Below are positions 38,931 through 46,793 of a DNA stretch of 64,000 nucleotides, in pieces. The notes under the pieces are model-generated. The model made no database searches. It worked only from the letters and a program-made list of their open reading frames with translations, and had not been told where the DNA came from. Every line of letters starts with the position of its first letter. Position 1 is the stretch's first letter. Source of the stretch: Anaerolineales bacterium (GTDB lineage Bacteria > Chloroflexota > Anaerolineae > Anaerolineales > UBA4823); contig JBJYWI010000013.1 in the NCBI GenBank assembly GCA_046259385.1, positions 7,529 through 71,528 of the forward strand. Direction: 5' to 3'. The position numbers were made by a program, and so were the translations under genes.

Positions 38931-39315
38931 TTACTTAACTTCAAACTCAAGAATCCAGTCAAACTCATCATTGAGGTAGAGGCTTACGTTATACCCGCCA
39001 ATGAGGCAGAGTTTCGAGTTGCTTAACAGAAATGCCAGAATATTGTCGCCGCCTGCCAACTCGGTTTCATCGAGGAAACCATCCGGGTTCTCGCCCTCCA
39101 CCTCCACCGCAGTCCATGTAGCCCTGAAAATTGTAAAATCAGAAGCTTTAACCAGATCCACAATAAATTAAAATTGCGTCCTGGGAGAAGACATTTGCCC
39201 TCGTTTCACCCTTTTCATCGCTTAAAATCCAGGCATCTTTTATGTTGGCAGTGCTCAGGCTGAACCCTCACGCAGGTGCCGCGGCTGACAGAATCAACCA
39301 GGATTTTAATACCAT
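38931..39315 (-). pseudogene. Disrupted small secreted-protein gene (in-frame TGA in the signal peptide plus a +1 frameshift); only the last 76 codons remain open
   Basis: My minus-strand translation from ATG 39313-39315 gives MVLKSWLILSAAAPA*GFSLSTANIKDAWILSDEKGETRANVFSQDAILIY. One base out of frame, the track ORF 38931-39161 continues VDLVKASDFTIFRATWTAVEVEGENPDG...LEFEVK. The stop TAA lies 4 nt before the PLD start. Confidence 0.4.
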
Positions 39316-39420
39316 TAATTTGTTTTTTTACATTTTTAATCCAGTGGACTTATTAAACTGTTTTTTTTAAGCCACCAATACCTTCAGTTTGAAATATCAA
39401 TTGTTCTTTTTCCAGGTACT

Positions 39421-40755
39421 TTAATCCCGTTCGCTGTCCGATAACACAAATCCAGCTGCTTTCCGCCCGATCTCAACCGCAAAGTTTGTGCCCCGATCCC
39501 AGGGATACACCTGGCTCATGCTGGCAAAATACAATCCAGGCAGCGGAGTTTTGATATCCGGGATATTGCGCGAATGATTCAACAGCGGAACAGGTTGGGC
39601 ATAGCTTGTCCGGAAAAGCCAGCTTTTTCTTATCCAATCTGGGCGAAAATCCGGGTTAAATCTTGGCAGGCTGGGTATAAACCGCTCAAGGATTCTATCC
39701 TTCTCAAGGGAAAAATATTCGTGGTCGGGTTCCAGGTAATCGCCGATGTAAACAATGTGGTCTCCACCGAAGAAGTCCGGAGAGAGGTAGTTTGTGTGTT
39801 CTACCAGGGCTAGAAATGGATACCCGGAGGACTTGGGCAGGTTGAACCAATAATAGCCCTCTTCCGAAAGACGCCGCTTGAGGGCTAGCACCACCACAAC
39901 CGCGCCCATGCTTTTGAGTTCAAGCAAGCCTTCCAGGTATTCGCCAGGTAATTCCGGAGCCATGCGCGCCAGTAGCCCGGGAGAAGTCGTTACAATGCAG
40001 GAATTGAATTGTTCTTGAACATCAGAAGTATTTAGAGTTATTCCCGCTTTAGGATGCGAATAGATCTTCTGAACAGGTTCATTAAGACGAATTTTTACGC
40101 CAAGAGATTCAAGGTGGGAGGCGAACTGGTCTGCAAATGCTTGAAATCCCCCTTTGTAAGTTCCCAGACGGGTGGTGCGCGCTTTCAGGCGGGCCCACAT
40201 CCAGGCCATATTGACCTGCTTTGAGTAGTGCTCTCCGAATTTTCCCACCAGGAGCGGCTCCCAGATTAATTCATAAACACGCTTTCCAGCCCACTTCTGC
40301 ATCCACTCCTCAACGGTCACCTGCTCAAGAGGTCGCCAGTTGTTTGTCAACCGCAGATAGAGTCCTACCAGCCCAAACCGGATTTTATTGATCCCCCATC
40401 CCAGGCCTGGAAATGTAATGCCTTTGATTATCGAATCAAATGGGTAGAATCTGCCCTTGTAATAGACCACGGTATAGGGGCGCCTGAAGACAACATTTTG
40501 CGACCAACCCAGTTCATCGATCAATCCCAACATATGCCTGTCGCTGGCAAACCAGTGGTGGTAATACTTTTCTACCGACCACTCCCAGCCCGTCTCTTTG
40601 AAACCGGATGCCAGTCCACCCACCTGCTGGCTGGATTCAAAGATTGTCACATCCCAGCCCGATTGTGCCAGATCATATGCGGCTGACAGTCCGCCAATAC
40701 CCGCCCCGATGATTGCGACTCGCTTTCTGCCTTTCAATTTTCTCTCATCCGTCAA
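39421..40755 (-). CDS. NAD(P)/FAD-dependent oxidoreductase (amine oxidase / phytoene desaturase-like)
   Basis: 444-aa ORF. The dinucleotide fold is VAIIGAGIGGLSAAYDLAQSGWDVTIFESSQQVGGL. TTG start overlaps the stop of the upstream gene (TTGA). Confidence 0.8.
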   Translation of the reverse strand: MTDERKLKGRKRVAIIGAGIGGLSAAYDLAQSGWDVTIFESSQQVGGLASGFKETGWEWSVEKYYHHWFASDRHMLGLIDELGWSQNVVFRRPYTVVYYKGRFYPFDSIIKGITFPGLGWGINKIRFGLVGLYLRLTNNWRPLEQVTVEEWMQKWAGKRVYELIWEPLLVGKFGEHYSKQVNMAWMWARLKARTTRLGTYKGGFQAFADQFASHLESLGVKIRLNEPVQKIYSHPKAGITLNTSDVQEQFNSCIVTTSPGLLARMAPELPGEYLEGLLELKSMGAVVVVLALKRRLSEEGYYWFNLPKSSGYPFLALVEHTNYLSPDFFGGDHIVYIGDYLEPDHEYFSLEKDRILERFIPSLPRFNPDFRPDWIRKSWLFRTSYAQPVPLLNHSRNIPDIKTPLPGLYFASMSQVYPWDRGTNFAVEIGRKAAGFVLSDSERD

Positions 40756-41792
40756 TGCGATAACTCCTCTGCATTCTGCAAATCCTTCATCTCAGCCCAC
40801 CAGTCCAGACCTTCCCTGAAGAAGAAATATGCGCCGATGGCTGTGATCGGGAACCACAACGCGGCATGCAGCACGAGCGTATATGCAGCCGCAGTGGCTC
40901 TGTCGACCCCATAGGCGACCAGCACTGCGATTCCGGGGGCATCAAAAGTGCCCACGTAACCTGGAGCAGATGGGATGGTAGTCGCCAGGTTGACGATCCC
41001 GTTCATTAACATCAATGCAAAGAAGCTCACCTCAAACGGGAAGGCGAACATCACAAACCAGTATTTCCCTGTCTCCAGCAGCCAGATCAAGACAGATGTC
41101 AGGAACACCATTAATACATCTCGCGGCGAACGCAGGCATTCAAGTCCTTCCAGGAATCGTTCTGCCATGCCGATAACATATTCCTGGTATCGTTCAGGTA
41201 TCATTCTTTCTATAACTGTACTCACCACTCTGCGACTATATTCGGGGAACATCGCGGCTGCTAGAAACAGACCCAGCGCGCCGATAAATGCAGCTGTGCC
41301 CCATAACGCTACTGTCTGGATGTCGCCCACGAAGCCTGAATCAGACGTCATCCGGGTCAGTTCAGACAGGTTCAGGAAAATGAAAGCCAGCATTACAACC
41401 CCGTCAAAGATGCGCTCAACAATAATTGTCGCCAGGGAAGCGGAGATCGGTACTTCTTCGTAACGCTTCAGAATTACCGCCCGTAACAATTCTCCTATCC
41501 GGGCCGGGTAAATATTGTTGCCCATATAACCGATCGTTACCACTGGAAACAACTTCAATGTGGGGATATTCTTAATCGGTCTGAGTAGGTAATGCCAGCG
41601 CCAGGAACGCACCAGCACTCCCATAAAATAAACAACCACACCCGGCAGCAGCCACCAGTAATTTGCTTGCTTGAATGCAGCACCGAGGTCTTCCAGATTC
41701 AATCCGCGTAACGCAAGATACAGGAACGCCAGGCTGACCGCAATGCCCAACCACAACTGCCAGCGTTTCATTGCGGCGATTCTACCACCCAT
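40752..41792 (-). CDS. Flippase-like / lysyl-phosphatidylglycerol-synthase TM-region family membrane protein (UPF0104)
   Basis: 346-aa ORF with about 8 TM. LVRSWRWHYLLRPI and YMGNNIYPARIGELLR are typical of the LPG_synthase_TM family. Confidence 0.75.
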   Translation of the reverse strand: MGGRIAAMKRWQLWLGIAVSLAFLYLALRGLNLEDLGAAFKQANYWWLLPGVVVYFMGVLVRSWRWHYLLRPIKNIPTLKLFPVVTIGYMGNNIYPARIGELLRAVILKRYEEVPISASLATIIVERIFDGVVMLAFIFLNLSELTRMTSDSGFVGDIQTVALWGTAAFIGALGLFLAAAMFPEYSRRVVSTVIERMIPERYQEYVIGMAERFLEGLECLRSPRDVLMVFLTSVLIWLLETGKYWFVMFAFPFEVSFFALMLMNGIVNLATTIPSAPGYVGTFDAPGIAVLVAYGVDRATAAAYTLVLHAALWFPITAIGAYFFFREGLDWWAEMKDLQNAEELSH

Positions 41793-41902
41793 GACTGAAA
41801 TCCTCGCCGGTTTTTTCCCGTCCTCACATACCTCTCATTCTGTCGACAGAAAACCCCGTCCAGAGAATTCTTACCAAAGGTTCAGTTATAATTCCAGCTG
41901 CC

Positions 41903-43312
41903 ATGGGTCGTGTATGGTTTATTCCTCTGGTCATAGCGCTACTGATCGGTTTACTGGCGGGATACTACTTCCTCAGCGCACCCCGATTATTATCCTTTGC
42001 TCCTGCCGACAAGACAACTTCAAACCCGGCTGGTACCCAGATTCACCTGACATTCTCGCGCAAAATGGACCCAGATTCTGTTTCCAGCCGTTTAAAGATC
42101 ATGCCTGCCCACCCGGGTTCAATAACCTGGCAGGGAAATACCATGACTTATAGGCCCGAGCAACACTGGAATCCCGGTCAGACCATCTCGGTTTCACTTG
42201 AAGCAGGCGCCCGTCCCGCTTCACATTTATCTGCCCCGCTTGGTGAAGGCGCTTCATGGTCATTCTCAATCCGCCAACCTCTGGTTTCATACCTGTATCC
42301 AACAACCGGCGAAGTAAATATATATGTTATTGATCCGGCAACTTCAGCGAAGCAGCAGTTGACAGCTGAAACAGGCGGAATCCTGGATTATGATATCGAC
42401 CAGGATAGGTATGCACTATATTACAGCACTCTGGATACTGCTGGCGGCAGCTTCATTTACCGACTGGACCTGCGCAACCAGAACCCAAATTTTCAAAACG
42501 ATGAGGATGGTTTAATAACCCCCGGTTCTCCCAGCCTCATTCTGGAATGTCCCAAGTCTGCCTGCCTGGCGCCGCGCGTCTCCCCCAATGGCACCTACTT
42601 GGCATATGAAAAAACCTCTTCGGCTTTCCCGCAGGTATGGTACCTCGTTCTTGAAGATAACCGGACCGGTGACCCGCGACTGGCTGGCGAAGAAGATCAC
42701 CAGACCCTCCTTCCGCAGTGGTCTCCGGAGGGTCTTCTGACTTTCTACGATAAGAACCTCTCCGCTTTCATAATTCTCGACCCTGTCACTGGGGAGAAAA
42801 CTTCTTTTCCCAACCAGACCGGTGAAGCAGGGTCATGGCATCCGGATGGGTTTTACTACACCACACCGGAAATAACCTTCGTTTCCAGCTCTACCAGGAG
42901 CAATTCTGGGCTCGAGACTTTGGCTGTCAGCCATCTTATCCGCTTCAACCTTTCCGAAAAAAGCAGTCTGAGCATCCTGCCGGACGAATATGTCGAGGAT
43001 ACTTACCCCGCCTATTCGCCGGATGGCGGTGCGCTTGCGTTCAGCCGCAAGTACCTGGACGATTCAAGCTGGACCCCCGGGCGCCAGATCTGGATCCTGC
43101 CAGAAGGAGAAACCACAGCAGTCCAGTACACATTCAACCCGAATTTCCATCATTATGATTTCGCCTGGAGCCCGGACAGCAGCCGTCTGGCTTATACACG
43201 GATTGACCAGACACATCTGACTGAACCTCCAGAAATCTGGATTATGGATCCGGAAAATGGAATATCTGAACAGCTTCTAAAAGGAGGTTTTTCCCCGGGA
43301 TGGATACCCTGA
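41903..43312 (+). CDS. Membrane-anchored PD40/TolB-like beta-propeller protein with an N-terminal Ig-like domain
   Basis: 469-aa ORF with an N-terminal TM (WFIPLVIALLIGLLAGYYF). Repeated PD40 signatures: RVSPNGTYLAYE, PQWSPEGLLTF, PAYSPDGGALAFS, FAWSPDSSRLAYT. Confidence 0.75.
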   Translation: MGRVWFIPLVIALLIGLLAGYYFLSAPRLLSFAPADKTTSNPAGTQIHLTFSRKMDPDSVSSRLKIMPAHPGSITWQGNTMTYRPEQHWNPGQTISVSLEAGARPASHLSAPLGEGASWSFSIRQPLVSYLYPTTGEVNIYVIDPATSAKQQLTAETGGILDYDIDQDRYALYYSTLDTAGGSFIYRLDLRNQNPNFQNDEDGLITPGSPSLILECPKSACLAPRVSPNGTYLAYEKTSSAFPQVWYLVLEDNRTGDPRLAGEEDHQTLLPQWSPEGLLTFYDKNLSAFIILDPVTGEKTSFPNQTGEAGSWHPDGFYYTTPEITFVSSSTRSNSGLETLAVSHLIRFNLSEKSSLSILPDEYVEDTYPAYSPDGGALAFSRKYLDDSSWTPGRQIWILPEGETTAVQYTFNPNFHHYDFAWSPDSSRLAYTRIDQTHLTEPPEIWIMDPENGISEQLLKGGFSPGWIP

Positions 43313-43824
43313 TAAAGACAGGCAGGGAGGCTCCTGACTTTGAGCTTAGAGATCTGGATGGCTTCACCCACCGGCTTTCCTCAACCCAAGGAGTAATCGT
43401 TATCCTTAATTTCTGGTCCGCTGAATGTCCCTGGTCTCAGGCTGCTGATATGGAACTCATACCCTATTTGAAGGAATGGGGGAATATGGCAGTGCTGTGG
43501 TCAATCGCTTCCAATGCAAATGAACCCCTCGATTTAATCACCCGCACTGCTCGTGAGCGCCTGCTCCCGCTGGTGCTGCACGACGAGCAGCAAGAGGTCG
43601 CCGACCTGTACGGCGCCCAGACCACTCCGCATTTTTTCGTGGTTGACCCACAGGGAATATTGCGTTACCAGGGTGCCATAAATGATGTCACATTCCGCCA
43701 GCGTGAACCCAGCATTCATTACCTCCGGGACGCTGTCGAAGCGCTTCTCCGGGGGAAAAAACCAGATCCTGATACTACTAGCCCATATGGGTGTGCTGTT
43801 GTGCGATTTGCGGAGAGCAAATAA
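43300..43824 (+). CDS. Thioredoxin-fold redoxin (AhpC/TSA / TlpA-like) with a monothiol CxxS active site
   Basis: 174-aa ORF. APDFELRDLDG...VILNFWSAECPWS aligns to the FWA.WC..C position of TlpA/ResA-type proteins. AAGGAGG lies 12 nt upstream. The start overlaps the PD40 gene end by 13 nt. Confidence 0.75.
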   Translation: MDTLIKTGREAPDFELRDLDGFTHRLSSTQGVIVILNFWSAECPWSQAADMELIPYLKEWGNMAVLWSIASNANEPLDLITRTARERLLPLVLHDEQQEVADLYGAQTTPHFFVVDPQGILRYQGAINDVTFRQREPSIHYLRDAVEALLRGKKPDPDTTSPYGCAVVRFAESK

Positions 43825-44011
43825 GATTCATTTAAAATTCGGATAGTTGCCCCAGTTCTTTCAAGACGGAGTTTGTGTTAAAGAAGCCTTTTAATCCGTT
43901 TAACTGGCTCACCGGAGTATCGTCAATCGTTTGAAAATAGGGTACAATCTCGAGGGATTGCAGTATCGGGCAGGCGTTTTTAACAATGTCTTGTGAGGAT
44001 AAATTTAATAT

Positions 44012-44746
44012 ATGAGCGAAAAAGAGTCGGCCCAGGATGTAATTGACGCTTACCGCAAGCGCCAGCAAACTGCCAAGAGAGCCCCATTAATTATCGGGAT
44101 TGCTGTGGCACTGATCGCAGCTGGCGTCGTATTTGTGATTTACTGGTTTCTCGGGGACAACCGGCCCAGCATTTCACTTTTCCCAACCGATACCCCGACC
44201 CCCAGCAGCACACCAACTGCGACTGCTACAGGCACGGCTACCACCACACCTACCATCACTCCCACCATTACCAACACGCCTACCATAACATTGACACCGA
44301 CCGCTTCTGGTCCTTTTGTCTACCAGGTGGAGGAGGGCGATAATTTGTGGGCAATAGCCGAAAAATTCGGAGTCGACCTGTTGGCTGTGATCACGCTCAA
44401 CAATCTCGATCCAGCTAACCCTGCCATCCAGGTCGGCGACAAGCTCACCATCCCGGGCCCCGATACGCAACTGCCTACCGCCACTCCCCTTCCGAGTGAC
44501 CTGCCGCGCGGCACCAAGATTGAATATCAGATCCAGCTGGGTGACTCGATCTTAGCCATCGCACTCAAATTCAACAGCACAGTTGATTCGATCAAAGAAG
44601 AAAACGAGATCGAGAACGAGAATGAAATCTATGTCGGTCAGGTAATCACTGTGCGGGCAAACCTGGTCACTCCTGTCCCCACTGACACACCCGAACCGAC
44701 CGCCGGACCAGGAACACCGGCTGCGACCGCAACCCCCACACAATAA
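44012..44746 (+). CDS. Membrane-anchored LysM-domain protein (two LysM repeats, Thr/Pro-rich linker)
   Basis: 244-aa ORF with a TM (LIIGIAVALIAAGVVFVIYWF). The linker is TPTPSSTPTATATGTATTTPTITPTITNTPTITLTPT. The LysM repeats are YQVEEGDNLWAIAEKFGVDL...GDKLTIP and YQIQLGDSILAIALKFNSTV...GQVITV. Confidence 0.8.
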   Translation: MSEKESAQDVIDAYRKRQQTAKRAPLIIGIAVALIAAGVVFVIYWFLGDNRPSISLFPTDTPTPSSTPTATATGTATTTPTITPTITNTPTITLTPTASGPFVYQVEEGDNLWAIAEKFGVDLLAVITLNNLDPANPAIQVGDKLTIPGPDTQLPTATPLPSDLPRGTKIEYQIQLGDSILAIALKFNSTVDSIKEENEIENENEIYVGQVITVRANLVTPVPTDTPEPTAGPGTPAATATPTQ

Positions 44747-44767
44747 TTTGCGATTTTAATTAAAAAT

Positions 44768-44810
44768 AACCGGGCAGTAAATTATCCAATTACCCTGCCC
44801 GGTTTTTGTT
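44768..44810 (+). terminator. Rho-independent terminator of the LysM gene
   Basis: 10-bp stem aaccgggcag (44768-44777) / ctgcccggtt (44795-44804), followed by TTTGTTT. Confidence 0.65.
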
Positions 44811-45020
44811 TGGTTCAAATCCCTACTGATTATCCCTCCACTCCTACTCTTTCAGTGGTTTAAATAGAATGATAATTTCAATATCATATGTAATATTGTG
44901 AAAAATCATTACTGGTATACACTTACAAACCCCCAGGCTTATAATACCGTATAAACCCGGAACTTTAGGTTCTTGATAGCGTATACTATACAGACTAACC
45001 AATTATCAAGAGGTGCCCCC

Positions 45021-45971
45021 ATGAAAGCGATCATTCAGAACGGTTACGGCTCGCCGGATGTCTTTGAACTCAAGGATATTGAAAATCCGGAAGTGGGTGA
45101 AGACGGCGTGCTGGTGCGCGTTAAAGCTGCTGCCCTGCATGCCGGAGATTACTACACAATGCGGGGTGAACCTTATATGGTGCGCTTCAGTGCCGGTTGG
45201 CCAAAACCGAAGGATTATGTCCCCGGGTTCGATGCTGCAGGTCAGGTTGAGGTAGTCGGGAACAATGTGACCCGCTTCCAGCCAGGTGATGAGATATTTG
45301 GTGCCTGCAGCCGGACCTGCGCTGAATATGTATGCGCCTCTGAAGACAAATTCGACCTTAAACCTGGGCACCTGTCCTTTGAGGAAGCCGCGGCTGTGCC
45401 CACCTCCGCGGTAACTGCCCTGCGTGGCTTGCGCGATGCCGGCAGGGTGCAGCCAGGCCAGCGCGTCCTGGTCAACGGCGCTTCCGGGGGTGTGGGCACC
45501 TTCGCGGTTCAAATCGCAAAAGCCCTCGGTGCGGAGGTAACCGGCGTATGCAGCACCGGCAACCTGGAACTGGTGCGGTCGCTTGGCGCTGACAACGTAT
45601 TCGATTACACCCAGCAGGATTTTACGAAAAGCGGGGAGCGATACGACCTTATCCTCGACCAGGTGGCAAACCATTCATTTTCAGACTTGAGACAAGCTCT
45701 CACCCCCAATGGGGCTTATATCCCCAACAGCGGTAATGCCGGACTGGGATTTGTTATCACGGCGTTTATCCGCTCGCTTTATAGCAACCAGCAGGGTCGT
45801 CCGTTCCTTGCAACCCCGAACAGCGATGACCTGCGGGTTCTGAATGAACTCATTGAATCCGGTCAAATTAAACCTGTGATTGATAAAACATACCCGCTGA
45901 GCGAGACGCCGCAGGCTTTCCGTTATCTGGATCAGGGCCATGCACGCGGCAAAGTTGTCATCACTGTCTAA
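45021..45971 (+). CDS. NAD(P)-dependent MDR-family oxidoreductase (quinone oxidoreductase / zinc-type ADH-like)
   Basis: The track ORF starts at 44973. I prefer ATG 45021 (MKAIIQNGYGSPDVFELKDI), with AAGAGG 7 nt upstream. The Rossmann motif is VLVNGASGGVGTFAVQIAKALGAEV. Confidence 0.85.
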   Translation: MKAIIQNGYGSPDVFELKDIENPEVGEDGVLVRVKAAALHAGDYYTMRGEPYMVRFSAGWPKPKDYVPGFDAAGQVEVVGNNVTRFQPGDEIFGACSRTCAEYVCASEDKFDLKPGHLSFEEAAAVPTSAVTALRGLRDAGRVQPGQRVLVNGASGGVGTFAVQIAKALGAEVTGVCSTGNLELVRSLGADNVFDYTQQDFTKSGERYDLILDQVANHSFSDLRQALTPNGAYIPNSGNAGLGFVITAFIRSLYSNQQGRPFLATPNSDDLRVLNELIESGQIKPVIDKTYPLSETPQAFRYLDQGHARGKVVITV

Positions 45972-46090
45972 GCCCTTCCACACCAGCCCTGGTATACATT
46001 CACGGCAGCATATATGCTCTACCACATAGGATTCTTATCATGAACAAACCAGAATAGGGCGCCAGATAAAAGTACATTCCGAATGATCCA

Positions 46091-46765
46091 ATGAAAGCAA
46101 ACGCGCCAATTAATAGAGTTAGAAGAACGAAGGATGAAGCTCGGGCCAGTTACGACAGAATGAGCGGTTGGTACGACCTGATGGCTGGTTTTGCGGAGAG
46201 GAAATATAAAGAATCGGGGCTGAGAATGCTGAATCTTGAGGAGGGAGAGACTGTCCTCGAGGTCGGTTTCGGCACCGGTCACTGCCTGGCGGCGCTCGCC
46301 CGATCAGCCGGGGATTCGGGCAGGGTTTATGGAATCGACCTCTCCCAGGGGATGCTCGATATCTCCCAGGAAAGGCTGGAATCAGCAGGACTTTCAGATA
46401 GAATTGAATTGAAGCGCGGGGACGCCGCCCACCTGCCATATGAAGGCGGTTTCTTCGACGCTATCTTTATGAGTTTCACACTCGAACTGTTCGATACGCC
46501 AGAAATACCGGTTGTGCTGGCCGAGTGTAAAAGGACGCTCCGAAGCGATGGGCGTTTGTGTGTGGTGTCCATGGCTAAAAAAGGCATGGATAGCTTGATT
46601 GTTAGAATCTATGAATGGGTCCATGACCGCTTTACAAAGTATGTAGACTGCCGCCCCATTTACCTCAAGAGATTAGTTAAAGAAGCCGGGTTTTCGATAG
46701 AAGATCTGATCGAAACTTCCATGTTTGGACTGCCAGTTGATATCATTCTCGCGAAGAAGAGATAG
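46091..46765 (+). CDS. Class I SAM-dependent methyltransferase (UbiE/COQ5-like)
   Basis: 224-aa ORF. Motif I VLEVGFGTGHCLAALA; post-I acidic residue in YGIDLS. Confidence 0.8.
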   Translation: MKANAPINRVRRTKDEARASYDRMSGWYDLMAGFAERKYKESGLRMLNLEEGETVLEVGFGTGHCLAALARSAGDSGRVYGIDLSQGMLDISQERLESAGLSDRIELKRGDAAHLPYEGGFFDAIFMSFTLELFDTPEIPVVLAECKRTLRSDGRLCVVSMAKKGMDSLIVRIYEWVHDRFTKYVDCRPIYLKRLVKEAGFSIEDLIETSMFGLPVDIILAKKR

Positions 46766-46793
46766 CTCAAAAGACAAACCCTATCCATTTACT

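Noticed and set aside
39268-39270. In-frame TGA as a possible selenocysteine codon (selA is present in the window)
   Set aside because: The TGA lies inside a signal-peptide-like hydrophobic segment, not in a redox motif. The same gene also needs a frameshift. Pseudogenisation or sequence error is the simpler explanation.
43300-43824. Thioredoxin-fold protein as a candidate selenoprotein
   Set aside because: The ORF is continuous with no internal TGA. The active-site position is an ordinary Cys (CPWS).
43832-44068. 78-aa minus-strand ORF between the redoxin and LysM genes
   Set aside because: It overlaps the LysM gene start, has no Shine-Dalgarno sequence, and has no recognisable features.
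44195-44310. Nucleotide-level repetitiveness (ACC/CCN-rich) and the similar acidic repeat at about 32090-32230
   Set aside because: Both are in-frame coding low-complexity linkers (Thr/Pro-rich, and VV[D/E]DE[S/P]P). They are not non-coding repeat arrays.
45006-45674. 222-aa minus-strand ORF
   Set aside because: It is antisense to the well-supported MDR oxidoreductase gene and has no motifs.
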